Source: Candidatus Latescibacterota bacterium (lineage in GTDB: Bacteria > Latescibacterota > UBA2968). Taken from it: a stretch of 64,000 nucleotides of DNA. This document shows, one piece after another, positions 46,098 to 56,676 of the stretch. The stretch is taken from the NCBI GenBank assembly GCA_965207885.1, contig OZ242311.1, positions 4,064,001 to 4,128,000 on the forward strand. Reading direction: 5' to 3'. A model generated the notes under the pieces. It searched no databases, was not told where the DNA came from, and was given only the letters and a program-made list of their open reading frames with translations. A program made the position numbers and the translations under genes. The number at the start of each line of letters is the position of its first letter. Position 1 is the stretch's first letter.

Positions 46098-49000
46098 TTC
46101 TCATTTTCCGTCAACGCTTTAAAATACTCGGCAACGCGGGCGCGGTATTGCTCGGGAATTTCGTCTGTCTTGCCAGCGGAAAGGCCATAGTCTCCTTTTC
46201 GCTCGCGAATCAGCACCGACAATTCTTCGGCAGACAGCGTCAAAGGCTTGATTGCACGCTCAAAAATCAAATCGTACTGCGGCACCGCTCCCTTGCGATG
46301 ATAATCGCGCCCAATACCCGCCAGATCTTCGCGGATACCCGTCAAACGCTGTCGCACACCCAAATCAGTCGGCAAAAGCGACTCGGCCTCGCGCAAGCGA
46401 TCCATCCAATCGCGAAAACCGCCTTCGGCAAAACGCCGCAACGCATCGGGATCTTGCGGTCCCCATCCAAATCGCCCGTCACCATCCCCTCTTTCTCCCC
46501 CCATCACACTCTCCAGACGCTCCTGCGCCCGCTCCAGCGCCTCCAGATCGTCGCGCACCAGAAGTTGCGCGACACCATCGAGTTTTTCAGCCGCCTGATC
46601 CAACTTCTCCGCCACGCCGCGCTCGTGTGTTTCCGATGCCTGCCACGCTCCCAATCTCACCAATCGCTCGCCCGCTTGCATATCTTCAAAAATGCCCTCT
46701 CGGCTCGTCTCGCGCAGCCAGTCATTGAGTTTTTGCGCCATCAAACCCTGGCTTTCAGCGGCCTTTTCTGCCAACGCACTCGCTTCCTCCATCATATCGC
46801 GGAACTGATCGGTCGTGCGTTGCTTGCCCTCGAGCATCTCGCTCAATGCGCGCTCCGAATCAGACAGCGTTCCGCGCTGCGTCTGCTGCTCCTGAGCCTG
46901 TGCGACCAGACCGCGCTGTTGGGCCCGCAAACTATCCATATTCTCTTGCAACATTCTCATGCGCTCAGCCGCAGCCCCGCGCGACAAATTGCCCAATTGC
47001 TCCTGCACATCGCGCAATGCGTCCAAAGCGCGATTGCCCGCAGCCCGCGCCCGTTGCAACTGATCGTTATTCAGATTTTGCGCGCTGCGATTCATCTGCC
47101 GCCGCGCACCTTCCAATTGTTCCCGCGCCCGCCGCGCCTGTTGTGGATCCATATCCCCAGACGCAATCTCGCCATTGACTGCATCGAGCGCGTCCATCGT
47201 CTGACGCTGCGCTTCGCGCAACTGCTCCAAGCGCCGTTCGGCTTCTTCGCGGGCTTCGCGCTCCAGCTTTTCAGCCTCTGAAATCAACTGCGCCACATCT
47301 TCGTTAATCGCCGCCTGCCGCCTGGTCAATTCCTCAATTTTATTTTGTGCTTCTGCCGTCTCAGCAAGTTGCTGTTGCAATGTAGATGCCTCTTCCCGAA
47401 AATCTCGCCGTTGCGCCAACTCCAGACCATCTAACTCGCGTTGCTGTGCCTGACCCCCACCACCTCCGCGCTGTCGCTGCCTGCCTTGCACCACCTCAGA
47501 CTCTCTCGGTCTTCTCTGCAAAAGATATCGATACGCGCGCTGAGCGTGCCCCCAGGCCCTTGCCAATGCCGCATCCGGATCGTCAAAAGACGCCTCGTGC
47601 AATGCCTCTACAACACCCGCAAACTCAGCTTCCAAATCCGCTGCCTGATTCCTCACAGAACCCCGAACATTCTCCTGCGCTTCAATAATGGCGTGCTTTT
47701 GCTCATCGTATTCTTCCCGATCCATTCCCGACGCGCCTTTGCGCAAATTCCAGATCGCGATAATCACCTGCTTCTGACCCTCAGCACCACCCCGCTGCCC
47801 CCTGCCCTGCCCCTGTTGACCACCCTCGTTGCTCACAGCCTGGCGATAGAGTCTTTCAAAAGGCCGAATCTCCAAAAAATAGGGATCGCCCAGAGTCTCA
47901 ATCTCAGACCGTCCAGGCTTGCCATCTTCTGCCCAGACCGTCCAGGTAATAAAATCACCCGCCGCGAGTTCCAGATCTTCCAGTGCCATCGGATACTCAC
48001 CCTCTGCGCTCTCTATCCGCGCTGTCTCCGTCTTAAGAGAAATCCGCACGGGATCGCGCCCTGCAACCTCGTATTGCAAACCGTAATCCGTGAGCCTGTA
48101 ATCGTCTTTTATCGAAAACCCAAAAGCCACTTCCTCAATTGCCGTAGCTTCGTCATCCCCGCGTGGAAAACGAACCTGAATGCGCGGCGGCTGATCGACC
48201 TTCGCCGTAATTTTATACGCGCGCGCATACTCATTTTCCTCGCCATCGGCATCTCGCAACGCCACCTCGTATGTCCCGTTCTCTGTAATCGACAGTGCGC
48301 CTTCCCACAAGGCATCATCTGACTTTTTTAACGCCATTTCTTTTTCACCATCCAATACCAGCGATGCCTTCTCCAACTCTTTATTGACCGTCACTGATAC
48401 AACCACCTCCGTGCCTTCAGGCGCCGTAATATCACCGCCATAAGGCACATCGCGGTCCTCCATTTCCAAATAATCGGGATAGCGATATAGAAGTCCAATC
48501 GACACGACCTCGGGCGGCGTCCACACCGAAAGAGTATAGACATCGGAACGATAAGACCCCACCTGCACCTGGTACTCTGTATCGGCATACAAATCGCGCA
48601 ATTGATGGGCAAACACATCGCCAGCCTCACCAGGCTCTAAAGGCGCGGTTTGCCAGTCCCCGCCCGATGGCCGCCACTGAATTGCCTTGCTCGCACCCAT
48701 AAGATCTGTCGTCACCCAAACCATCTGATGCGCCCCGCGGCGCACCCGCGCATCACCCGGTTCAACCGTATAGGGCAAAGGCAAAGCTGGTGCAAAAAAC
48801 AACCGTCCCGCAATATCGCCCAGATTAACCTGCCACAATGCCACGAGCAACACAACAGCACCCAATCCCCAAACCCCAACAGCCGCGCGGCGCACCCGCT
48901 TCAAAACGCGCAAATCAATCACAGGTGGCGCCTGTATCGCCGACAATTCGCGCACCTGCTGAAACACCTGCTCGGTCATCCACTCGGAAACCGGCGTTGA

Positions 49001-49330
49001 CCCGTGCAGCGACACAGTACTCACAATCAGATCCTCAAGATCGGGATGATGTGCATCGAGAAACAGCGCGATCTGCTCTCGTGTCACCACCGTCCGCTGC
49101 GGAACGTACAACCACTTATAACCCGCGCCAAAGACCAGAATGAGAAATGCCAGAACCGGCACAATCACAGGCACGCGATCGGCAAAAGCCACCACAGCGC
49201 ACAACCCGATCAGCAACCCCAAAAACACCGCGCCAAACATCAACCGACCCTGCAAACGCCGCCGCCGCTCAAACTGCGCGGCAACTTCGCGGATCGCGTG
49301 TTCCAATTTAAGCGGTAGCAATGGTATCAT
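46094..49330 (-). CDS. Large membrane-anchored coiled-coil protein (DUF4175-like)
   Basis: N-terminal TM helices, Ig-like segments (DDY.L), Gln/Glu-rich coiled coil, C-terminal PEQYR.RV.EYFK.L. Confidence 0.75.
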   Translation of the reverse strand: MIPLLPLKLEHAIREVAAQFERRRRLQGRLMFGAVFLGLLIGLCAVVAFADRVPVIVPVLAFLILVFGAGYKWLYVPQRTVVTREQIALFLDAHHPDLEDLIVSTVSLHGSTPVSEWMTEQVFQQVRELSAIQAPPVIDLRVLKRVRRAAVGVWGLGAVVLLVALWQVNLGDIAGRLFFAPALPLPYTVEPGDARVRRGAHQMVWVTTDLMGASKAIQWRPSGGDWQTAPLEPGEAGDVFAHQLRDLYADTEYQVQVGSYRSDVYTLSVWTPPEVVSIGLLYRYPDYLEMEDRDVPYGGDITAPEGTEVVVSVTVNKELEKASLVLDGEKEMALKKSDDALWEGALSITENGTYEVALRDADGEENEYARAYKITAKVDQPPRIQVRFPRGDDEATAIEEVAFGFSIKDDYRLTDYGLQYEVAGRDPVRISLKTETARIESAEGEYPMALEDLELAAGDFITWTVWAEDGKPGRSEIETLGDPYFLEIRPFERLYRQAVSNEGGQQGQGRGQRGGAEGQKQVIIAIWNLRKGASGMDREEYDEQKHAIIEAQENVRGSVRNQAADLEAEFAGVVEALHEASFDDPDAALARAWGHAQRAYRYLLQRRPRESEVVQGRQRQRGGGGGQAQQRELDGLELAQRRDFREEASTLQQQLAETAEAQNKIEELTRRQAAINEDVAQLISEAEKLEREAREEAERRLEQLREAQRQTMDALDAVNGEIASGDMDPQQARRAREQLEGARRQMNRSAQNLNNDQLQRARAAGNRALDALRDVQEQLGNLSRGAAAERMRMLQENMDSLRAQQRGLVAQAQEQQTQRGTLSDSERALSEMLEGKQRTTDQFRDMMEEASALAEKAAESQGLMAQKLNDWLRETSREGIFEDMQAGERLVRLGAWQASETHERGVAEKLDQAAEKLDGVAQLLVRDDLEALERAQERLESVMGGERGDGDGRFGWGPQDPDALRRFAEGGFRDWMDRLREAESLLPTDLGVRQRLTGIREDLAGIGRDYHRKGAVPQYDLIFERAIKPLTLSAEELSVLIRERKGDYGLSAGKTDEIPEQYRARVAEYFKALTENEK

Positions 49331-51246
49331 GTCCGTACCTCCCGCGCACTCAAATACGCGGCGTAAAAATGTTCAATCAAAAGCAAAGCGAGCAAAAATC
49401 CGAGTATCCAGCGGCCGTATTCATACACAATTGAAAGATCAGTCGATTGTTTGCCACCTCGCTGAAATAACACGGGCGCATCGCACAGCCGAATCTCAAA
49501 TTCCGCGGGCGTTATTCGCGCCAGATCGCTCTCTCGGTCTATGACATTGACCGATGCGATTTGCGTTCCCCACTGATATACGCCGGGCACCTGGAATATA
49601 CGCGCATCGCCAACGGCAGAATCCGATCCCTCTGGTCCCATAACTCGTTCCACCGCATCAGACGTGCTTATGGCATCGCCCACCAGATAATCTGTCTCGA
49701 TCTCCCGATCTCCCGATAAATAGCGCAACGTCTCGTGCAACAAAGGCACAAACCGCGGCGTCCGCGCCAGATTTGAACGATCAAACCCCATCCCACCGGC
49801 CCAGACCACGATGCGCCCTTCTCCTATTCTGCCTTCGACAATAGCGGGCATCAAATCGTCGTATTTTGCCAGCACCGCGGCTGAACTGTCAGCGGTAATA
49901 ATGTGGTAATTCTCATAACGCACAGATGAAAAATCGTTAAATCGCGCGCCCCTGAAAGGACGAAAAATGGGGTGCTCCAAATCGACCCACGCCAGCGCGG
50001 CATAACCCGCATCCTCCACCCCAGAAATCCTTATATTTGCGTACGCGAGCAAAGCATTCACAGACTGAATACCGGCATCCCTGCGAAGCGGCAAAAACAG
50101 CGCCCCTCCATTCTCAACATACTCTCTAAACTCACTCACAGCAGTCACATCTTCGGCAATCACCGCCGACCCCATAAGGTCCCCAGACCATGTCAATCGC
50201 CAATCCGCACCCTCGGGCACAGCAGCCTTGAGCATAAACCTCGAGGACTCCGAAGCATTCAACACCGCGATGGGATGTTGCGGTTTGGCAAGCCACGTAA
50301 AAAAACGGCGATCATCTCGCTGCAGCCCATCGCCTCCCGCAAGCGCGACATATCCGTTTATCCCATCCTCCAAAGGCACGGAGAAAGCCACCTGCGTCGC
50401 ATTTCCCGGCAACACCATTACATCGCGCGTTTCTATCACCTCTCCACCGACCATTAGCTGCGCGGCAAACGCGCCTTGTCCAGACCAATTTCTCACGCGA
50501 GCGCGAACCCGTAACACATCGTCCTTTAAAGCCCGCACAGCGAGCGCGTCAACCGACGCATTGGACACCTGCGCGGTACCCACATCCACCACTTGAAGCG
50601 CAATCGCACCCGGCAACCGCCATCCCATATCGGACAGCGACATACCACTCGCCTGAAAATCGCTGATCACGTGAACCACGCGCTTCACCTGCGCAGTATC
50701 AGCCGCAAAAACATGCTCAACTGCCTGAAGTGCCGAAACATAATCGGTATGTGCCCACGTCACATCGGCGATCTCAATAGCGTGTCGAACATCTGCCACA
50801 TCACCCGAAAGCGGCACATCGACCACAGCCTGCTGTGCAAATCGCACAAATCCAACCCGATCCCCCGGTCCCACAGTCTCCAACACGGCCTTCGCCCCTG
50901 TTTTCGCGCGCTCCCACACCCCATCATATCCCATACTCAGCGAAACATCCATCGCAATCACATGATCTGTTCGCCCCGAAGGTGCTGCTTCAGCATCTAA
51001 CATCATCTCTTGAAAAGGCCGCGCAAACGCAAGTGCCAGGGCGACCAGCACCGCCATTCTCAACAACATCAACACAATGTGTTGAACGCGCCTGCGCTCG
51101 ATCACCTCGCGCTTGATATCGGGAACAAACATCAAACTGCTAAACCGCACGGTCTCGCGCTCGGGGCGGCGAATGCGATGCACAAAATAGGGAATGCCAA
51201 TCAGCGCAACACCAAATGCAAATAGCGGGACCAGCAACCCCATCAC
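49327..51246 (-). CDS. BatA-domain + VWA membrane protein
   Basis: N-terminal IPYFVH...RFSSLMF...LLRM...FARP; DVSLSM, ISDFQ. Confidence 0.85.
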   Translation of the reverse strand: MMGLLVPLFAFGVALIGIPYFVHRIRRPERETVRFSSLMFVPDIKREVIERRRVQHIVLMLLRMAVLVALALAFARPFQEMMLDAEAAPSGRTDHVIAMDVSLSMGYDGVWERAKTGAKAVLETVGPGDRVGFVRFAQQAVVDVPLSGDVADVRHAIEIADVTWAHTDYVSALQAVEHVFAADTAQVKRVVHVISDFQASGMSLSDMGWRLPGAIALQVVDVGTAQVSNASVDALAVRALKDDVLRVRARVRNWSGQGAFAAQLMVGGEVIETRDVMVLPGNATQVAFSVPLEDGINGYVALAGGDGLQRDDRRFFTWLAKPQHPIAVLNASESSRFMLKAAVPEGADWRLTWSGDLMGSAVIAEDVTAVSEFREYVENGGALFLPLRRDAGIQSVNALLAYANIRISGVEDAGYAALAWVDLEHPIFRPFRGARFNDFSSVRYENYHIITADSSAAVLAKYDDLMPAIVEGRIGEGRIVVWAGGMGFDRSNLARTPRFVPLLHETLRYLSGDREIETDYLVGDAISTSDAVERVMGPEGSDSAVGDARIFQVPGVYQWGTQIASVNVIDRESDLARITPAEFEIRLCDAPVLFQRGGKQSTDLSIVYEYGRWILGFLLALLLIEHFYAAYLSAREVRT

Positions 51247-52190
51247 ACACCTCCCCGCGACCGCCTGCTCGGCGCGATCAGCCCATCGTTGCGCCGATGT
51301 AAAAACCGATGCAACGCCATATCCAGAGGTTCAGAACACGCGAACTCTTCAATATCGATTTCCGCTGCCAAACACGCTTCTCTTATCGCGTCAAAATGTC
51401 GCCTGCGATTATCCAAATAGGCCTCTCGCACCTCCTCTGGCACGGCAAATTGCTCACGATTGTCCTCGGCATCCACCAGCGTCACCGACCGATCAAAGGG
51501 AAACGTCTGCTCAGCTGGATCACTCACCTGCAACACCAGCACATCGTGACGCTGCGCCCGCAAGGAACGCAAATGCACAATCATCTCATCTGCCGGATGC
51601 AACAAATCGCCGATTAGCACCACCATGCCCCGCGCAGGCAACACATCGCCCATCACGCGCAATGTCCCCGCCGTATCCGTCTCTTCACCCGCGGGCCTCA
51701 AATTGTCGATCTCCATCAAAATACGATGGCGTTGCCCATCTCGACGACGCGCTGGCACATGCACAATCAACTCCCGATGATAAGCGGCAAAACCCACGGC
51801 ATCCCCCTGACCAGAAGCCAGCATCACCAGACACGCCGCCAGCATCTGTGCATAGCGAAACTTGCTCACTTCTCCCGAACCATAGTCCATAGAAGCGCTG
51901 CAATCCAGCAAAACAGTAGAACGCAAATTGCGCTCATCCTGAAACTGCTTCACATGCAGCCGATCACTCCGCCCGTACAGCCGCCAATCCACAAAGCGCA
52001 AATCATCGCCCCAGGCGTAGGGACGATATTGGGCAAACTCGACCGACGCCCCGTGGTGAATACTGCGATGCGCCCCACCTTGCAACCCTGAAATAACCGT
52101 ACGCGCCAGAAGTTCCAGATCCGCAATACGCGCCAATTCTGCCGGATCGAGATATGTGTAAATAGAATTTTGCATAGCGGTCAGTCTCAT
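51243..52190 (-). CDS. DUF58 family protein
   Basis: G.HRS...G.SVEFAQYRPY..GDDLR.VDW, LDCSASM. Confidence 0.9.
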   Translation of the reverse strand: MRLTAMQNSIYTYLDPAELARIADLELLARTVISGLQGGAHRSIHHGASVEFAQYRPYAWGDDLRFVDWRLYGRSDRLHVKQFQDERNLRSTVLLDCSASMDYGSGEVSKFRYAQMLAACLVMLASGQGDAVGFAAYHRELIVHVPARRRDGQRHRILMEIDNLRPAGEETDTAGTLRVMGDVLPARGMVVLIGDLLHPADEMIVHLRSLRAQRHDVLVLQVSDPAEQTFPFDRSVTLVDAEDNREQFAVPEEVREAYLDNRRRHFDAIREACLAAEIDIEEFACSEPLDMALHRFLHRRNDGLIAPSRRSRGGV

Positions 52191-53215
52191 ACCAGATCCG
52201 CTTCCGGCGGTTGAATAGTCTCCAACAGTCGATTGATGACATTCTCGGCATTTACGCGATCGGCTTCAGCTCTAAAATTAGTCAAAATGCGGTGGCGCAA
52301 CACATTAGGCGCAACCGCCTGAACATCGCCAAAAGAAACGTGGTATCGCCCCTTGAGCAGTGCCCGCGCCTTCGCCCCCAGCAACAACCCCTGCACGCCG
52401 CGCGTCCCAGCCCCCCAACTCACCCATGAAGTCACAAAATCCGGCGCTGTATCGCCAGGGCGGCTCGCCTGCACCAGTTGCACCGCATAACGCGCCACAG
52501 GCTCGGCAACCGGAACCATTCGCACCAGCCTGGCAAAATCGAGCATATCTGTCCCCGTAAACACAGGCTCGACCTCTTCGGCCTCAATCGCCGTCGTGCG
52601 CGTCGCCACGTCCAACTCTTCATCCTCCGCCAAATAATCAATCCAGATATTCATCATAAAACGGTCCAACTGCGCCTCGGGCAGTGGATAAGTACCCTCC
52701 AACTCAATGGGATTCTGCGTCGCCAGAACAAAAAACGGTTGCTCCAGCGCGTGCAAATTACCCCCTATTGTCACCTGCTTCTCCTCCATCGCCTCCAGCA
52801 GTGCAGCCTGCGTCTTAGGCGGTGTGCGGTTAATCTCATCAGCCAGCAAAATATGCGTAAAAACAGGACCCGGAATAAACCGCAACTCGCGGTGCCCTCC
52901 CACACGATCCTCATCGATAATCTCTGTACCCGTTATATCCGAAGGCATTAGATCTGGCGTAAACTGAACGCGCTTAAAATCCAAATCCAGAATCTTCGCA
53001 ATCGTACGCACCAGCAGCGTCTTTGCCAAACCCGGTGCCCCTGTCAACAAACAATGGCCGCCGCTAAACAACACAATCAGCAGCGACTCAATAACCTCAT
53101 CCTGCCCGACGATCACCTTGCGAATCTGCTCCATCATCCGCGCTCGACCATCGCGCAACTTGTCTATCGCCTCGGCTTCAAATGGCGTTTCCTGTACTTG
53201 AATGGTTTCTCCCAA
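52187..53215 (-). CDS. MoxR family AAA+ ATPase
   Basis: GAPGLAKT, RVQFTPDLMPSDITG, LADEINRTPPKTQAALLEAM, ATQNPIE.EGTYPLPEAQLDRF. Confidence 0.95.
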   Translation of the reverse strand: MGETIQVQETPFEAEAIDKLRDGRARMMEQIRKVIVGQDEVIESLLIVLFSGGHCLLTGAPGLAKTLLVRTIAKILDLDFKRVQFTPDLMPSDITGTEIIDEDRVGGHRELRFIPGPVFTHILLADEINRTPPKTQAALLEAMEEKQVTIGGNLHALEQPFFVLATQNPIELEGTYPLPEAQLDRFMMNIWIDYLAEDEELDVATRTTAIEAEEVEPVFTGTDMLDFARLVRMVPVAEPVARYAVQLVQASRPGDTAPDFVTSWVSWGAGTRGVQGLLLGAKARALLKGRYHVSFGDVQAVAPNVLRHRILTNFRAEADRVNAENVINRLLETIQPPEADLV

Positions 53216-53232
53216 AAATCACCTCAATTATT

Positions 53233-54087
53233 TTAATGCGTCATCGCATACACCACGATATTAATACCCATCGGATACGCCTTAGGCGCGGAAAAATGGC
53301 GAAAATACTCGTAATTCTCGCCCTCTCGCTCCCAGCCATCGCCCAAATCTGTATTGTGCATCACCACGACCATCAACCGCCCATCCCGGTCAAAAATACC
53401 CTTGCAGTGCGCCTCAGAACCGTATTGGTCATAACGCCCTGCCCAGCCCTCATAAGTAATCCCCGTCGATTGCCAGTCCCAGAAACTCCCCAGACCCGGC
53501 ACCTGCGGCACCTCCTTAATATCAAACACAATGTGAAACAACTCGTGATCCAGCGGAATATCCACCAGGGGAAATTCATCGGGTGGCAACACCTGAGAAA
53601 TCTCGTACTCCCAATTTCGCCACGCGTCATCTCCCCAGAAATCATCCACCAGCAAAAAACCACCGCGCAACAAATAATCGCGCAACCCTTCCTGCTCGGA
53701 CACACTCAGCGCCATCCGTCCCACTTCGAGCATATAAGTAAACGGATACTTAAACACCTCGGGATCATCGAGACGCACGACCACATGCTTAAACCGCCCA
53801 TCTTCTGTGCGATTCACATTGAGCGTTGTAATTTGAGACAACCGCAGTGAAAAATTCTCATCCGACTCGGGATAATCCACCGACCAACTGCCCCGCCGCC
53901 GCCGATACCCCCAATCATCATCGCCCGTATAATTCGAATACTCGATACGACAAAACGTAAACGTATTACCCGGAAAAATATCGCGTTCCATCCGCTCAAT
54001 AGGACCTCGCCGTCTGCGACCGAACTGTGCATCGACATCCCACTCGGGCATCAACAGCACCAACAAACACGCCAACAAAATTCGCAT
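53233..54087 (-). CDS. DUF4159 family exported protein
   Basis: W..DYP, LRDYLLRGGFLLVDDFWG, NTDLGDGWE, G.NIVVYAMTH. Confidence 0.85.
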   Translation of the reverse strand: MRILLACLLVLLMPEWDVDAQFGRRRRGPIERMERDIFPGNTFTFCRIEYSNYTGDDDWGYRRRRGSWSVDYPESDENFSLRLSQITTLNVNRTEDGRFKHVVVRLDDPEVFKYPFTYMLEVGRMALSVSEQEGLRDYLLRGGFLLVDDFWGDDAWRNWEYEISQVLPPDEFPLVDIPLDHELFHIVFDIKEVPQVPGLGSFWDWQSTGITYEGWAGRYDQYGSEAHCKGIFDRDGRLMVVVMHNTDLGDGWEREGENYEYFRHFSAPKAYPMGINIVVYAMTH

Positions 54088-56510
54088 CACGGCACCTCCA
54101 CCAATTCCAACAACAACTGTTGTGCATCCCAAAAATGCGGCATGGTTTCCAACAGCGCGAGCACCTCGGCTTTTGCTGCCACAACCTCGCCCTTTTTTAC
54201 GAGCGCCTCCGCCAGATTGAGCCGATGCTCGGCGCGTCCTGGTACATCCAGATAAATAAGCCGACGCCAATCCGCGATAGCCGCATTCCAGTCTTCCAGC
54301 ATCTCGTAAACCTCGGCGCTTTGTGTCAGTATCTCAACCTGAAAAGGACGCACCGCCAACGCCCGGTCCAGCACTGCACGCGCAGCCGTCCAGTCTTTAT
54401 CCTCCACATAAAATCCACTCAATAACAGGCAGGCTTCATGCGCCATCGCATCCCATCCAACGAGCTTTTTTAATGCTTTGCGATACCACTCCGGATCACC
54501 GCGCACAGCACCGGCATCTGCCCATAGCCGCAAAGGCGCATCTTCCGCAGCATAGTCCGGATACAAAGCGTACGCCTCCAGGAAAAACCGCTCGGCATCC
54601 GCCCAGTTTTCTGTCTCAACTGCCTCTTTTCCGGCATCCACCGCCTTGCGAAACTCCGAATTTTTGGACAGCGCCTTGAGGGGTGCGCATCGATTCCCCA
54701 GATATTCCATAAACCGCTCATCCATAAGACGGGCAGAAACACCACTGGCCGAAATCAACGCCTCAACAGCCTCCATGCCATCGCCAATGCGGTCGAGTGC
54801 CGTCACCAGTGCATCGTGACCGTAGTGATTCACGTAAAAAGCCACAAACTCGCCCGATACAAAATACCCATACATCAGATGCATCGGCGTTTCTGGATCG
54901 GTAAAAAACCGCCCGAGATCGCCTACAGCGGGAAACCCCTCGCCATCTACAATATGTTTAAATTCCGGCCCCAGTCGCTGCCCCCACGACACATCCTTTT
55001 GCGTCTCTTCATAGACCGAAATCCCCTCCGACAACCAGCGCGGCATGCGATTGTGGGTCTTTTGCAGCGTAATCACATGCACAAACTCGTGCCACAACAC
55101 CTGTTGCCAGTTCATCGTACCGGGTGGTCGTGCCCGGGGAGAATCCATCGTAACCAACCGCCCAAAACAAATACCCAAATGCCCCGCATTGCCCGGCAGT
55201 CCAACCGACCGCACCATAAACACATCGTGATCGTCAAACACCTGCACCACCACGGGCGTGTGCAACTCAATATTGTATTTTCTCTGATAGTATAAAGCCG
55301 CTTCATTGAGCAGCTTCAACAACTCATCGGACATCACCTCGGCTTCTTGCCTGGGCAATTGCAACTTAAAAATACCGCGCGATATCGTCACAAAACCATC
55401 GATCGCATCGGCAGCTTCGAGTAAGTTATACGCCCGCACGCTATATGGGTCGGCAGCAAAAACTTGCTCCAACTCGCTCCGAGCCTCGGCATCTTTGCCC
55501 AACCGCAACAAATCATACGCCAACAGCAAACGCGCCTCGACATCTTTTGCATCAATTTCCAATGCACGCGCTTGAAAAGCACGCCCTTCTTCAAACCGGT
55601 ATTGCCGCGACGCAATGCGCCCGGGAATGCGAAAAGCCCCTGAAAAATACCTATTAAAAGCCAATACTCGTTCCTGCGTCTTTTGCATCGCCGCAGAATC
55701 GTCCAATAAAAAAAACGCCGCCGCCTTTAACCCCAGCGCTTTCAGGTGATTTGGATTAACAGAAAGGATAGAATCCAACACCTCAAGCGCATCATGTGGC
55801 GCATTGCGATCCAGCAATTGCTCGGCTTGCAACCGCTGGACCTCTAAATGATTCGGATTGAGGGCGAGAAGTTGCGCCATCACTTCCAAAACCCGCTCAT
55901 CGCCCGCGCGGTAATAACACCACATCAACCCCGCCAAAGCCTCCTGGTTCTCGGGATCCAACGCGATCGCTGCACCGTATTTTTCTGACGCCACGTCAAA
56001 AGCGCGTTTATTCAGTGCCAGATTGCCCGCCGCAACCAGCACAGACGCGCTATTGGGAAAAACCTCAGCCATCAAATTGTAAAACCGCAACAGCGATTTT
56101 GGATCTTCGCCCTTTAACTCGCGCAGACGCGCAACCGCGACCAAATCATCGACATCAGGGCGATATTCCGACAACAAACGCACCTGATCCTCGGCCTTCA
56201 TCAATGCCAGACCATAATCGCCCATCCGACCGCGCATGCGATACAACTCGGCCAATCGCACGGTCACATCGAGTGCACTTCCAACCCCTTCCAATTGTGC
56301 AATCGCTTCGTCAACGCGACCTGTTAGCACCAGCAACTCAGCATAATCCCGCCGCGTTGACCACGGATGATAAGACGCGCGCTCGAGCACTTTCACCGCC
56401 TCGGCATAATCACCCCGCGCCCACAGCACGCGATAATCTGTCTCCTGCGCAGAAACGCTGTCCGAGCTAAGAAGGATTACAAAGATTAAATATGTAATTT
56501 GAAAACGCAT
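54087..56510 (-). CDS. TPR-repeat protein with peptidase MA-like HExxH domain
   Basis: Multiple TPRs; VLWHEFVHVITLQ...PRWLSEGISVYEE. Confidence 0.85.
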   Translation of the reverse strand: MRFQITYLIFVILLSSDSVSAQETDYRVLWARGDYAEAVKVLERASYHPWSTRRDYAELLVLTGRVDEAIAQLEGVGSALDVTVRLAELYRMRGRMGDYGLALMKAEDQVRLLSEYRPDVDDLVAVARLRELKGEDPKSLLRFYNLMAEVFPNSASVLVAAGNLALNKRAFDVASEKYGAAIALDPENQEALAGLMWCYYRAGDERVLEVMAQLLALNPNHLEVQRLQAEQLLDRNAPHDALEVLDSILSVNPNHLKALGLKAAAFFLLDDSAAMQKTQERVLAFNRYFSGAFRIPGRIASRQYRFEEGRAFQARALEIDAKDVEARLLLAYDLLRLGKDAEARSELEQVFAADPYSVRAYNLLEAADAIDGFVTISRGIFKLQLPRQEAEVMSDELLKLLNEAALYYQRKYNIELHTPVVVQVFDDHDVFMVRSVGLPGNAGHLGICFGRLVTMDSPRARPPGTMNWQQVLWHEFVHVITLQKTHNRMPRWLSEGISVYEETQKDVSWGQRLGPEFKHIVDGEGFPAVGDLGRFFTDPETPMHLMYGYFVSGEFVAFYVNHYGHDALVTALDRIGDGMEAVEALISASGVSARLMDERFMEYLGNRCAPLKALSKNSEFRKAVDAGKEAVETENWADAERFFLEAYALYPDYAAEDAPLRLWADAGAVRGDPEWYRKALKKLVGWDAMAHEACLLLSGFYVEDKDWTAARAVLDRALAVRPFQVEILTQSAEVYEMLEDWNAAIADWRRLIYLDVPGRAEHRLNLAEALVKKGEVVAAKAEVLALLETMPHFWDAQQLLLELVEVP

Positions 56511-56622
56511 AATCAGTGAGTAAAATTATTCCCTATTCAAAGGCATATTGAAGCGTTCTTCGCATATCAATTTCGACCTCAATATCATCAGGTTTGTTCC
56601 CCTCACACTTTTCCCTTCACAG

Positions 56623-56656
56623 TGAACTGGTCTGAACCGCGACCAGTTGTACACCG
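56623..56656 (-). repeat. Dispersed palindromic repeat, copy 3
   Basis: Reverse complement CGGTGTACAACTGGTCGCGGTTCAGACCAGTTCA. Confidence 0.75.
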
Positions 56657-56676
56657 TTCCTCCCTTCCCCTCCTTC

